Assembly: GCF_009914755.1 (NCBI RefSeq)
Contig: NC_060948.1
Source of the DNA: the human T2T-CHM13v2.0 reference genome, Homo sapiens
Reading direction: 5' to 3' (one strand)
Length of the DNA stretch: 64,000 nucleotides
The notes under the pieces were generated by a model. It was not told the DNA's origin, ran no database searches, and saw only the letters and a list, made by a program, of their open reading frames with translations. The translations under genes and the position numbers were made by a program. Of this stretch, positions 40,616 to 59,954 are shown one piece after another. Every line of letters begins with the position of its first letter. Within the stretch, counting starts at the first letter, position 1.

Positions 40616-42715
40616 AGATCCATATTTTTTAAATGAAAAAAAATTTCAAAGGTACTCTGCTTGGTACAATAATCAAATGTATAAACTGAGGAATAAAACA
40701 TAACCATGAAACCTACTTATAACTGCATATGGAAAATACAGAGGATAATTTTTTAAATAACATATTTTGAAAGCCTTAACTAGTAATTTGAAGAGTTGGC
40801 ATTTGAAAGGCCAGTATGAATATACCTTCAAAGCAGCAACACAGGTTCCCCATGAGAAAAAGCAAACACAGGGAAAGTAAAAACACAAAGGTTCAATCTC
40901 TTCTGACCTTTGAAAGACACAGCACAGACAGTGGTCCTTAGGACGAAGAGCAGGAGACCCCTAATTCCGTCACCATGGCGATAGGGCATAAACATTGCTG
41001 GGTGAGGGCACAATCCACATTGTGAGGTCCAACTGCTGCCAGGAAGACAGGAGTGCTTTTACATAGACCGAAAGGTCATTGAAGGCTCAGAGTTTTGTTT
41101 CAAGAACTGAATCCCAAGCCCACACGTTATTAGGCTGCGCTTCTTAAAACAAGTTATGAGATGGGAAAAAGGGCACCCACAAACATACGTATACATTATG
41201 TATATAATAATATACAGTATCATATATATAATATATATAACCTATGTATAATATTGTTTTACATCCTGCATCTTATGTTATATATATTGTATAAAATATA
41301 ATAATTGATAATATATAAGTTTTATAATTATACAATATGACATAGAGTATATATTATAATTTATGACATATATAATATATGTTATATATCATATATAGAA
41401 TATATTATACGGTTAATATACGTATTAAATATAAATTATACATTATATATATTATATATAATATATCTGTTATATATAATACCCATTATGCATAATATAT
41501 ATATTATGTCTATGTTATATATAGTATAAAACAACATATAATAATATATAATTGTATATATAAAATGCGACATATAATATATATTATATTTTATAACATA
41601 TGTAATATATATTATATATAATACGTTGTATGTATAATACCTATATTAAATATATATTATATGACTATGTTATTAATTACATGTCACATGTGTTATATAT
41701 TATATATTTTACATAGAATATACCGGTTACATACAATATATACTATGTTACCTATAATGTATAATTTATTACATGTAAAATAAAGAATGCAATATATTAT
41801 GTATAATTTATAATATACAATATGTGGAATGTGATATATGTAACATATAATATATGATATATGATATACAGTATATGATATATAACATACAATATATGAT
41901 TCCTAATATATATGGTATACAATATATATTTTATGATATGTATTCTATATGTTTTATATTCTGTTATATATAACTATTTGAAATTATATATAACTGTATA
42001 ATATTTTATGTAAATATGTAATATAATATATATAACTATATAATATATTATATATAACTATATATTATGTTATATATACTTTTATAACATAATTTACATA
42101 AAATATCATAATATAATATATATTATAATATTTCATATTACATAATATATATTACATATCACCCAATATAACTAACATACATAATATTATAATATAGATT
42201 ATATTATGTTATATTAAATATCATATATATCATGTATCATATATTCTATAATATATATTACACATTATATAATATGTATGTTGTCTATTATGTGATATAT
42301 GTAACTATATATATAATTATATTTTTATACATATAACTGGATAAACATGTAATTCTACATATTTTCATTTATAATATGTAGAATTATATAATCATATATA
42401 ATTATTTATATTCTATAAAAAATTTTATCATTATATAAATTATAATATATAAAAATTATAATATGTACTACAAATATATATATATTATATATCATATATG
42501 ATATAGTACCTTTGTTATATATCATAATACATATAAATGTGTATTATGTTATCTATAATTATATAATTTCATATATAAGATGTATAATATGTATCATATA
42601 TTATATATGTTATGTAATATATATAGTATATATAAGATGACACAGGATAAATATTATATACTATGACATATAAAATATATGAGGTTATATGTTACATATA
42701 AGGCATAGCACATAA

Positions 42716-43030
<315 letters not shown>

Positions 43031-45130
43031 AGATCCATATTTTTTAAATGAAAAAAAATTTCAAAGGTACTCTGCTTGGTACAATAATCAAATGTATAAA
43101 CTGAGGAATAAAACATAACCATGAAACCTACTTATAACTGCATATGGAAAATACAGAGGATAATTTTTTAAATAACATATTTTGAAAGCCTTAACTAGTA
43201 ATTTGAAGAGTTGGCATTTGAAAGGCCAGTATGAATATACCTTCAAAGCAGCAACACAGGTTCCCCATGAGAAAAAGCAAACACAGGGAAAATAAAAACA
43301 CAAAGGTTCAATCTCTTCTGACCTTTGAAAGACACAGCACAGACAGTGGTCCTTAGGACGAAGAGCAGGAGACCCCTAATTCCGTCACCATGGCGATAGG
43401 GCATAAACATTGCTGGGTGAGGGCACAATCCACATTGTGAGGTCCAACTGCTGCCAGGAAGACAGGAGTGCTTTTACATAGACCGAAAGGTCATTGAAGG
43501 CTCAGAGTTTTGTTTCAAGAACTGAATCCCAAGCCCACACGTTATTAGGCTGCGCTTCTTAAAACAAGTTATGAGATGGGAAAAAGGGCACCCACAAACA
43601 TACGTATACATTATGTATATAATAATATACAGTATCATATATATAATATATATAACCTATGTATAATATTGTTTTACATCCTGCATCTTATGTTATATAT
43701 ATTGTATAAAATATAATAATTGATAATATATAAGTTTTATAATTATACAATATGACATAGAGTATATATTATAATTTATGACATATATAATATATGTTAT
43801 ATATCATATATAGAATATATTATACGGTTAATATACGTATTAAATATAAATTATACATTATATATATTATATATAATATATCTGTTATATATAATACCCA
43901 TTATGCATAATATATATATTATGTCTATGTTATATATAGTATAAAACAACATATAATAATATATAATTGTATATATAAAATGCGACATATAATATATATT
44001 ATATTTTATAACATATGTAATATATATTATATATAATACGTTGTATGTATAATACCTATATTAAATATATATTATATGACTATGTTATTAATTACATGTC
44101 ACATGTGTTATATATTATATATTTTACATAGAATATACCGGTTACATACAATATATACTATGTTACCTATAATGTATAATTTATTACATGTAAAATAAAG
44201 AATGCAATATATTATGTATAATTTATAATATACAATATGTGGAATGTGATATATGTAACATATAATATATGATATATGATATACAGTATATGATATATAA
44301 CATACAATATATGATTCCTAATATATATGGTATACAATATATATTTTATGATATGTATTCTATATGTTTTATATTCTGTTATATATAACTATTTGAAATT
44401 ATATATAACTGTATAATATTTTATGTAAATATGTAATATAATATATATAACTATATAATATATTATATATAACTATATATTATGTTATATATACTTTTAT
44501 AACATAATTTACATAAAATATCATAATATAATATATATTATAATATTTCATATTACATAATATATATTACATATCACCCAATATAACTAACATACATAAT
44601 ATTATAATATAGATTATATTATGTTATATTAAATATCATATATATCATGTATCATATATTCTATAATATATATTACACATTATATAATATGTATGTTGTC
44701 TATTATGTGATATATGTAACTATATATATAATTATATTTTTATACATATAACTGGATAAACATGTAATTCTACATATTTTCATTTATAATATGTAGAATT
44801 ATATAATCATATATAATTATTTATATTCTATAAAAAATTTTATCATTATATAAATTATAATATATAAAAATTATAATATGTACTACAAATATATATATAT
44901 TATATATCATATATGATATAGTACCTTTGTTATATATCATAATACATATAAATGTGTATTATGTTATCTATAATTATATAATTTCATATATAAGATGTAT
45001 AATATGTATCATATATTATATATGTTATGTAATATATATAGTATATATAAGATGACACAGGATAAATATTATATACTATGACATATAAAATATATGAGGT
45101 TATATGTTACATATAAGGCATAGCACATAA

Positions 45131-45445
<315 letters not shown>

Positions 45446-47548
45446 AGATCCATATTTTTTAAATGAAAAAAAATTTCAAAGGTACTCTGCTTGGTACAAT
45501 AATCAAATGTATAAACTGAGGAATAAAACATAACCATGAAACCTACTTATAACTGCATATGGAAAATACAGAGGATAATTTTTTAAATAACATATTTTGA
45601 AAGCCTTAACTAGTAATTTGAAGAGTTGGCATTTGAAAGGCCAGTATGAATATACCTTCAAAGCAGCAACACAGGTTCCCCATGAGAAAAAGCAAACACA
45701 GGGAAAATAAAAACACAAAGGTTCAATCTCTTCTGACCTTTGAAAGACACAGCACAGACAGTGGTCCTTAGGACGAAGAGCAGGAGACCCCTAATTCCGT
45801 CACCATGGCGATAGGGCATAAACATTGCTGGGTGAGGGCACAATCCACATTGTGAGGTCCAACTGCTGCCAGGAAGACAGGAGTGCTTTTACATAGACCG
45901 AAAGGTCATTGAAGGCTCAGAGTTTTGTTTCAAGAACTGAATCCCAAGCCCACACGTTATTAGGCTGCGCTTCTTAAAACAAGTTATGAGATGGGAAAAA
46001 GGGCACCCACAAACATACGTATACATTATGTATATAATAATATACAGTATCATATATATAATATATATAACCTATGTATAATATTGTTTTACATCCTGCA
46101 TCCTATGTTATATATATTGTATAAAATATAATAATTGATAATATATAAGCTGTATAATTATACAATATGACATATAGTATATATTATAATTTATGACATA
46201 TATAATATATGTTATATATCATATATAGAATATATTATATGGTTAATATACGTATTAAATATAAATTATACATTATATATAATATATAATATATCTGTTA
46301 TATATAATACCCATTATGCATAATATATATATTATGTCTATGTTATTTATAGTATAAAACAACATATAATAATATATAATTGTATATATAAAATGCGACA
46401 TATAATATATATTATATTTTATAACATATGTAATATATATTATATATTATATATAATACGTTGTATGTATAATACCTATATTAAATATATATTATATGAC
46501 TATGTTATTAATTACATGTCACATGTGTTATATATTATATATTTTACATAGAATATACCGGTTACATACAATATATACTATGTTACCTATAATGTATAAT
46601 TTATTACATGTAAAATAAAGAATGCAATATATTATGTATAATTTATAATATACAATATGTGGAATGTGATATATGTAACATATAATATATGATATATGAT
46701 ATACAGTATATGATATATAACATACAATATATGATTCCTAATATATATGGTATACAATATATATTTTATGATATGTATTCTATATGTTTTATATTCTGTT
46801 ATATATAACTATTTGAAATTATATATAACTGTATAATATTTTATGTAAATATGTAATATAATATATATAACTATATAATATATTATATATAACTATATAT
46901 TATGTTATATATACTTTTATAACATAATTTACATAAAATATCATAATATAATATATATTAAATTATTTCATATTACATAATATATATTACATATCACCCA
47001 ATATAACTAACATACATAATATTATAATATAGATTATATTATGTTATATTAAATATCATATATATCATGTATCATATATTCTATAATATATATTACACAT
47101 TATATAATATGTATGTTGTCTATTATGTGATATATATAACTATATATATAATTATATTTTTATACATATAACTGGATAAACATGTAATTCTACATATTTT
47201 CATTTATAATATGTAGAATTATATAATCATATATAATTATTTATATTCTATAAAAAATTTTATCATTATATAAATTATAATATATAAAAATTATAATATG
47301 TACTACAAATATATATATTATATATCATATATGATATAGTACCTTTGTTATATATCATAATACATATAAATGTGTATTATGTTATCTATAATTATATAAT
47401 TTCATATATAAGATGTATAATATGTATCATATATTATATATGTTATGTAATATATATAGTATATATAAGATGACACAGGATAAATATTATATACTATGAC
47501 ATATAAAATATATGAGGTTATATGTTACATATAAGGCATAGCACATAA

Positions 47549-47863
<315 letters not shown>

Positions 47864-49986
47864 AGATCCATATTTTTTAAATGAAAAAAAATTTCAAAGG
47901 TACTCTGCTTGGTACAATAATCAAATGTATAAACTGAGGAATAAAACATAACCATGAAACCTACTTATAACTGCATATGGAAAATACAGAGGATAATTTT
48001 TTAAATAACATATTTTGAAAGCCTTAACTAGTAATTTGAAGAGTTGGCATTTGAAAGGCCAGTATGAATATACCTTCAAAGCAGCAACACAGGTTCCCCA
48101 TGAGAAAAAGCAAACACAGGGAAAATAAAAACACAAAGGTTCAATCTCTTCTGACCTTTGAAAGACACAGCACAGACAGTGGTCCTTAGGACGAAGAGCA
48201 GGAGACCCCTAATTCCGTCACCATGGCGATAGGGCATAAACATTGCTGGGTGAGGGCACAATCCACATTGTGAGGTCCAACTGCTGCCAGGAAGACAGGA
48301 GTGCTTTTACATAGACCGAAAGGTCATTGAAGGCTCAGAGTTTTGTTTCAAGAACTGAATCCCAAGCCCACACGTTATTAGGCTGCGCTTCTTAAAACAA
48401 GTTATGAGATGGGAAAAAGGGCACCCACAAACATACGTATACATTATGTATATAATAATATACAGTATCATATATATAATATATATAACCTATGTATAAT
48501 ATTGTTTTACATCCTGCATCTTATGTTATATATATTGTATAAAATATAATAATTGATAATATATAAGTTTTATAATTATACAATATGACATAGAGTATAT
48601 ATTATAATTTATGACATATATAATATATGTTATATATCATATATAGAATATATTATACGGTTAATATACGTATTAAATATAAATTATACATTATATATAT
48701 TATATATAATATATCTGTTATATATAATACCCATTATGCATAATATATATATTATGTCTATGTTATATATAGTATAAAACAACATATAATAATATATAAT
48801 TGTATATATAAAATGCGACATATAATATATATTATATTTTATAACATATGTAATATATATTATGTATAATACGTTGTATGTATAATACCTATATTAAATA
48901 TATATTATATGACTATGTTATTAATTACATGTCACATGTGTTATATATTATATATTTTACATAGAATATACCGGTTACATACAATATATACTATGTTACC
49001 TATAATGTATAATTTATTACATGTAAAATAAAGAATGCAATATATTATGTATAATTTATAATATACAATATGTGGAATGTGATATATGTAACATATAATA
49101 TATGATATATGATATACAGTATATGATATATAACATACAATATATGATTCCTAATATATATGGTATACAATATATATTTTATGATATGTATTCTATATGT
49201 TTTATATTCTGTTATATATAACTATTTGAAATTATATATAACTGTATAATATTTTATGTAAATATGTAATATAATATATATAACTATATAATATATTATA
49301 TATAACTATATATTATGTTATATATACTTTTATAACATAATTTACATAAAATATCATAATATAATATATATTATAATATTTCATATTACATAATATATAT
49401 TACATATCACCCAATATAACTAACATACATAATATTATAATATAGATTATATTATGTTATATTAAATATCATATATATCATGTATCATATATTCTATAAT
49501 ATATATTACACATTATATAATATGTATGTTGTCTATTATGTGATATATATAACTATATATATAATTATATTTTTATACATATAACTGGATAAACATGTAA
49601 TTCTACATATTTTCATTTATAATATGTAGAATTATATAATCATATATAATTATTTATATTCTATAAAAAATTTTATCATTATATAAATTATAATATATAA
49701 AAATTATAATATGTACTACAAATATATATATATTATATATCATATATGATATAGTACCTTTGTTATATATCATAATACATATAAATGTGTATTATGTTAT
49801 CTATAATTATATAATTTCATATATAAGATGTATAATATGTATCATATATTATATATGTTATGTAATATATATAGTATATATAAGATGACACAGGATAAAT
49901 ATTATATACTATGACATATAAAATATATGAGGTTATATGTTACATATAAGGCATAGCACATAACATGTAATATATATCATGTATAA

Positions 49987-50277
49987 TTTTTTTTAGACAG
50001 AATCTTGTCCTGTTGCACAGGGTGGGGTACAATGGCGCCATCTTTGCTCACTGCAACTTCTGCCTCACGGGTCCAAGCGATTGTCCTCCCTCAGCCTCCC
50101 AGGTAGCTGGGACTACACCACACTGGGACTACACCAGCTGCCACCATGCCTAGCTAATTTTTTGGATTTTTAGTAGTGACAGCGTTTCACTGTATTGGCC
50201 AGGATGGTCTTGATCTCTTCACCTTGTGATTCCCTTGCCTTGGCCTCCAAATTTGCTGGGATTACAGGCCTGAGCCA
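49987..50277 (-). mobile_element. Alu in DYZ2 unit 21
   Basis: Copy of the unit 1 Alu; poly(T) one base shorter; GATTCCC variant. Confidence 0.95.
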
Positions 50278-52384
50278 AGATCCATATTTTTTAAATGAAA
50301 AAAAATTTCAAAGGTACTCTGCTTGGTACAATAATCAAATGTATAAACTGAGGAATAAAACATAACCATGAAACCTACTTATAACTGCATATGGAAAATA
50401 CAGAGGATAATTTTTTAAATAACATATTTTGAAAGCCTTAACTAGTAATTTGAAGAGTTGGCATTTGAAAGGCCAGTATGAATATACCTTCAAAGCAGCA
50501 ACACAGGTTCCCCATGAGAAAAAGCAAACACAGGGAAAATAAAAACACAAAGGTTCAATCTCTTCTGACCTTTGAAAGACACAGCACAGACAGTGGTCCT
50601 TAGGACGAAGAGCAGGAGACCCCTAATTCCGTCACCATGGCGATAGGGCATAAACATTGCTGGGTGAGGGCACAATCCACATTGTGAGGTCCAACTGCTG
50701 CCAGGAAGACAGGAGTGCTTTTACATAGACCGAAAGGTCATTGAAGGCTCAGAGTTTTGTTTCAAGAACTGAATCCCAAGCCCACACGTTATTAGGCTGC
50801 GCTTCTTAAAACAAGTTATGAGATGGGAAAAAGGGCACCCACAAACATACGTATACATTATGTATATAATAATATACAGTATCATATATATAATATATAT
50901 AACCTATGTATAATATTGTTTTACATCCTGCATCCTATGTTATATATATTGTATAAAATATAATAATTGATAATATATAAGTTTTATAATTATACAATAT
51001 GACATAGAGTATATATTATAATTTATGACATATATAATATATGTTATATATCATATATAGAATATATTATACGGTTAATATACGTATTAAATATAAATTA
51101 TACATTATATATATTATATATAATATATCTGTTATATATAATACCCATTATGCATAATATATATATTATGTCTATGTTATATATAGTATAAAACAACATA
51201 TAATAATATATAATTGTATATATAAAATGTGACATATAATATATATTATATTTTATAACATATGTAATATATATTATATATTATATATAATACGTTGTAT
51301 GTATAATACCTATATTAAATATATATTATATGACTATGTTATTAATTACATGTCACATGTGTTATATATTATATATTTTACATAGAATATACCGGTTACA
51401 TACAATATATACTATGTTACCTATAATGTATAATTTATTACATGTAAAATAAAGAATGCAATATATTATGTATAATTTATAATATACAATATGTGGAATG
51501 TGATATATGTAACATATAATATATGATATATGATATACAGTATATGATATATAACATACAATATATGATTCCTAATATATATGGTATACAATATATATTT
51601 TATGATATGTATTCTATATGTTTTATGTTCTGTTATATATAACTATTTGAAATTATATATAACTGTATAATATTTTATGTAAATATGTAATATAATATAT
51701 ATAACTATATAATATATTATATATAACTATATATTATGTTATATATACTTTTATAACATAATTTACATAAAATATCATAATATAATATATATTATAATAT
51801 TTCATATTACATAATATATATTACATATCACCCAATATAACTAACATACATAATATTATAATATAGATTATATTATGTTATATTAAATATCATATATATC
51901 ATGTATCATATATTCTATAATATATATTACACATTATATAATATGTATGTTGTCTATTATGTGATATATATAACTATATATATAATTATATTTTTATACA
52001 TATAACTAGATAAACATGTAATTCTACATATTTTCATTTATAATATGTAGAATTATATAATCATATATAATTATTTATATTCTATAAAAAATTTTATCAT
52101 TATATAAATTATAATATATAAAAATTATAATATGTACTACAAATATATATATATTATATATCATATATGATATAGTACCTTTGTTATATATCATAATACA
52201 TATAAATGTGTATTATGTTATCTATAATTATATAATTTCATATATAAGATGTATAATATGTATCATATATTATATATGTTATGTAATATATATAGTATAT
52301 ATAAGATGACACAGGATAAATATTATATACTATGACATATAAAATATATGAGGTTATTTGTTATATATAAGGCATAGCACATAA

Positions 52385-52699
<315 letters not shown>

Positions 52700-54827
52700 A
52701 GATCCATATTTTTTAAATGAAAAAAAATTTCAAAGGTACTCTGCTTGGTACAATAATCAAATGTATAAACTGAGGAATAAAACATAACCATGAAACCTAC
52801 TTATAACTGCATATGGAAAATACAGAGGATAATTTTTTAAATAACATATTTTGAAAGCCTTAACTAGTAATTTGAAGAGTTGGCATTTGAAAGGCCAGTA
52901 TGAATATACCTTCAAAGCAGCAACACAGGTTCCCCATGAGAAAAAGCAAACACAGGGAAAATAAAAACACAAAGGTTCAATCTCTTCTGACCTTTGAAAG
53001 ACACAGCACAGACAGTGGTCCTTAGGACGAAGAGCAGGAGACCCCTAATTCCGTCACCATGGCGATAGGGCATAAACATTGCAGGGTGAGGGCACAATCC
53101 ACATTGTGAGGTCCAACTGCTGCCAGGAAGACAGGAGTGCTTTTACATAGACCGAAAGGTCATTGAAGGCTCAGAGTTTTCTTTCAAGAACTGAATCCCA
53201 AGCCCACACGTTATTAGGCTGCGCTTCTTAAAACAAGTTATGAGATGGGAAAAAGGGCACCCACAAACATACGTATACATTATGTATATAATAATATACA
53301 GTATCATATATATAATATATATAACCTATGTATAATATTGTTTTACATCCTGCATCTTATGTTATATATATTGTATAAAATATAATAATTGATAATATAT
53401 AAGTTTTATAATTATACAATATGACATATAGTATATATTATAATTTATGGCATATATAATATATGTTATATATCATATATAGAATATATTATACGGTTAA
53501 TATACGTATTAAATATAAATTATACATTATATATATTATATATAATATATCTGTTATATATAATACCCATTATGCATAATATATATATTATGTCTATGTT
53601 ATATATAGTATAAAACAACATATAATAATATATAATTGTATATATAAAATGCGACATATAATATATATTATATTTTACAACATATGTAATATATATTATA
53701 TATTATATATAATACGTTGTATGTATAATACCTATATTAAATATATATTATATGACTATGTTATTAATTACATGTCACATGTGTTATAAATTATATATTT
53801 TACATAGAATATACCGGTTACATACAATATATACTATGTTACCTATAATGTATAATTTATTACATGTAAAATAAAGAATGCAATATATTATGTATAATTT
53901 ATAATATACAATATGTGGAATGTGATATATATAACATATAATATATGATATATGATATACAGTATATGATATATAACATACAATATATGATTCCTAATAT
54001 ATATGGTATACAATATATATTTTATGATATGTATTCTATATGTTTTATATTCTGTTATATATAACTATTTGAAATTATATATAACTGTATAATATTTTAT
54101 GTAAATATGTAATATAATATATATAACTATATAATATGTTATATATAACTATATATTATGTTATATATACTTTTATAACATAATTTACATAAAATATCAT
54201 AATATAATATATATTATATTATTTCATATTACATAATATATATTACATATCACCCAATATAACTAACATACATAATATTATAATATAGATTATATTATGT
54301 TATATTAAATATCATATATATCATGTATCATATATTCTATAATATATATTACACATTATATAATATGTATGTTGTCTATTATGTGATATATATAACTATA
54401 TATATAATTATATTTTTATACATATAACTAGATAAACATGTAATTCTACATATTTTCATTTATAATATGTAGAATTATATAATCATATATAATTATTTAT
54501 ATTCTATAAAAAATTTTATCATTATATAAATTATAATATATAAAAATTATAATATGTACTACACATATATATATTATATATCATATATGATATAGTACCT
54601 TTGTTATATATCATAATACATATAAATGTGTATTATGTTATCTATAATTATATAATTTCATATATAAGATGTATAATATGTATCATATATTATATATGTT
54701 ATGTAATATATATAGTATATATAAGATGACACAGGATAAATATTATATACTATGACATATAAAATATATGAGGTTATATGTTACATATAAGGCATAGCAC
54801 ATAACATGTAATATATATCATATATAA

Positions 54828-55119
54828 TTTTTTTTTAGACAGAATCTTGTCCTGTTGCACAGGGTGGGGTACAATGGCGCCATCTTTGCTCACTGCAACT
54901 TCTGCCTCACGGGTCCAAGCGATGGTCCTCCCTCAGCCTCCCAGGTAGCTGGGACTACACCACACTGGGACTACACCAGCTGCCACCATGCCTAGCTAAT
55001 TTTTTGGATTTTTAGTAGTGACAGCGTTTCACTGTATTGGCCAGGATGGTCTTGATCTCTTCACCTTGTGATCCCCTTGCCTTGGCCTCCAAATTTGCTG
55101 GGATTACAGGCCTGAGCCA
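54828..55119 (-). mobile_element. Alu in DYZ2 unit 23
   Basis: Copy of the unit 1 Alu; CGATGG variant at 54924. Confidence 0.95.
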
Positions 55120-57219
55120 AGATCCATATTTTTTAAATGAAAAAAAATTTCAAAGGTACTCTGCTTGGTACAATAATCAAATGTATAAACTGAGGAATAA
55201 AACATAACCATGAAACCTACTTATAACTGCATATGGAAAATACAGAGGATAATTTTTTAAATAACATATTTTGAAAGCCTTAACTAGTAATTTGAAGAGT
55301 TGGCATTTGAAAGGCCAGTATGAATATACCTTCAAAGCAGCAACACAGGTTCCCCATGAGAAAAAGCAAACACAGGGAAAATAAAAACACAAAGGTTCAA
55401 TCTCTTCTGACCTTTGAAAGACACAGCACAGACAGTGGTCCTTAGGACGAAGAGCAGGAGACCCCTAATTCCGTCACCATGGCGATAGGGCATAAACATT
55501 GCAGGGTGAGGGCACAATCCACATTGTGAGGTCCAACTGCTGCCAGGAAGACAGGAGTGCTTTTACATAGACCGAAAGGTCATTGAAGGCTCAGAGTTTT
55601 GTTTCAAGAACTGAATCCCAAGCCCACACGTTATTAGGCTGCGCTTCTTAAAACAAGTTATGAGATGGGAAAAAGGGCACCCACAAACATACGTATACAT
55701 TATGTATATAATAATATACAGTATCATATATATAATATATATAACCTATGTATAATATTGTTTTACATCCTGCATCTTATGTTATATATATTGTATAAAA
55801 TATAATAATTGATAATATATAAGTTTTATAATTATACAATATGACATAGAGTATATATTATAATTTATGACATATATAATATATGTTATATATCATATAT
55901 AGAATATATTATACGGTTAATATACGTATTAAATATAAATTATACTTTATATATATTATATATAATATATCTGTTATATATAATACCCATTATGCATAAT
56001 ATATATATTATGTCTATGTTATATATAGTATAAAACAACATATAATAATATATAATTGTATATATAAAATGCGACATATAATATATATTATATTTTATAA
56101 CATATGTAATATATATTATATATAATACGTTGTATGTATAATACCTATATTAAATATATATTATATGACTATGTTATTAATTACATGTCACATGTGTTAT
56201 ATATTATATATTTTACATAGAATATACCGGTTACATACAATATATACTATGTTACCTATAATGTATAATTTATTACATGTAAAATAAAGAATGCAATATA
56301 TTATGTATAATTTATAATATACAATATGTGGAATGTGATATATGTAACATATAATATATGATATATGATATACAGTATATGATATATAACATACAATATA
56401 TGATTCCTAATATATATGGTATACAATATATATTTTATGATATGTATTCTATATGTTTTATATTCTGTTATATATAACTATTTGAAATTATATATAACTG
56501 TATAATATTTTATGTAAATATGTAATATAATATATATAACTATATAATATATTATATATAACTATATATTATGTTATATATACTTTTATAACATAATTTA
56601 CATAAAATATCATAATATAATATATACTATAATATTTCATATTACATAATATATATTACATATCACCCAATATAACTAACATACATAATATTATAATATA
56701 GATTATATTATGTTATATTAAATATCATATATATCATGTATCATATATTCTATAATATATATTACACATTATATAATATGTATGTTGTCTATTATGTGAT
56801 ATATATAACTATATATATAATTATATTTTTATACATATAACTAGATAAACATGTAATTCTACATATTTTCATTTATAATATGTAGAATTATATAATCATA
56901 TATAATTATTTATATTCTATAAAAAATTTTATCATTATATAAATTATAATATATAAAAATTATAATATGTACTACAAATATATATATATTATATATCATA
57001 TATGATATAGTACCTTTGTTATATATCATAATACATATAAATGTGTATTATGTTATCTATAATTATATAATTTCATATATAAGATGTATAATATGTATCA
57101 TATATTATATATGTTATGTAATATATATAGTATATATAAGATGACACAGGATAAATATTATATACTATGACATATAAAATATATGAGGTTATTTGTTACA
57201 TATAAGGCATAGCACATAA

Positions 57220-57534
<315 letters not shown>

Positions 57535-59639
57535 AGATCCATATTTTTTAAATGAAAAAAAATTTCAAAGGTACTCTGCTTGGTACAATAATCAAATGTA
57601 TAAACTGAGGAATAAAACATAACCATGAAACCTACTTATAACTGCATATGGAAAATACAGAGGATAATTTTTTAAATAACATATTTTGAAAGCCTTAACT
57701 AGTAATTTGAAGAGTTGGCATTTGAAAGGCCAGTATGAATATACCTTCAAAGCAGCAATACAGGTTCCCCATGAGAAAAAGCAAACACAGGGAAAATAAA
57801 AACACAAAGGTTCAATCTCTTCTGACCTTTGAAAGACACAGCACAGACAGTGGTCCTTAGGACGAAGAGCAGGAGACCCCTAATTCCGTCACCATGGCGA
57901 TAGGGCATAAACATTGCTGGGTGAGGGCACAATCCACATTGTGAGGTCCAACTGCTGCCAGGAAGACAGGAGTGCTTTTACATAGACCGAAAGGTCATTT
58001 AAGGCTCAGAGTTTTCTTTCAAGAACTGAATCCCAAGCCCACACGTTATTAGGCTGCGCTTCTTAAAACAAGTTATGAGATGGGAAAAAGGGCACCCACA
58101 AACATACGTATACATTATGTATATAATAATATACAGTATCATATATATAATATATATAACCTATGTATAATATTGTTTTACATCCTGCATCTTATGTTAT
58201 ATATATTGTATAAAATATAATAATTGATAATATATAAGTTTTATAATTATACAATATGACATATAGTATATATTATAATTTATGGCATATATAATATATG
58301 TTATATATCATATATAGAATATATTATACGGTTAATATACGTATTAAATATAAATTATACATTATATATATTATATATAATATATCTGTTATATATAATA
58401 CCCATTATGCATAATATATATATTATGTCTATGTTATATATAGTATAAAACAACATATAATAATATATAATTGTATATATAAAATGCGACATATAATATA
58501 TATTATATTTTACAACATATGTAATATATATTATATATTATATATAATACGTTGTATGTATAATACCTATATTAAATATATATTATATGACTATGTTATT
58601 AATTACATGTCACATGTGTTATAAATTATATATTTTACATAGAATATACCGGTTACATACAATATATACTATGTTACCTATAATGTATAATTTATTACAT
58701 GTAAAATAAAGAATGCTATATATTATGTATAATTTATAATATACAATATGTGGAATGTGATATATATAACATATAATATATGATATATGATATACAGTAT
58801 ATGCTATATAACATACAATATATGATTCCTAATATATATGGTATACAATATATATTTTATGATATGTATTCTATATGTTTTATATTCTGTTATATATAAC
58901 TATTTGAAATTATATATAACTGTATAATATTTTATGTAAATATGTAATATAATATATATAACTATATAATATGTTATATATAACTATATATTATGTTATA
59001 TATACTTTTATAACATAATTTACATAAAATATCATAATATAATATATATTATATTATTTCATATTACCTTATATATATTACATATCACCCAATATAACTA
59101 ACATACATAATATTATAATATAGATTATATTGTGTTATATTAAATATCATATATATCATGTATCATATATTCTATAATATATATTACACATTATATAATA
59201 TGTATGTTGTCTATTATGTGATATATATAACTATATATATAATTATATTTTTATACATATAACTAGATAAACATGTAATTCTACATATTTTCATTTATAA
59301 TATGTAGAATTATATAATCATATATAATTATTTATATTCTATAAAAAATTTTATCATTATATAAATTATAATATATAAAAATTATAATATGTACTACACA
59401 TATATATATTATATATCATATATGATATAGTACCTTTGTTATATATCATAATACATATAAATGTGTATTATGTTATCTATAATTATATAATTTCATATAT
59501 AAGATGTATAATATGTATCATATATTATATATGTTATGTAATATATATAGTATATATAAGATGACACAGGATAAATATTATATACTATGACATATAAAAT
59601 ATATGAGGTTATATGTTACATATAAGGCATAGCACATAA

Positions 59640-59954
<315 letters not shown>
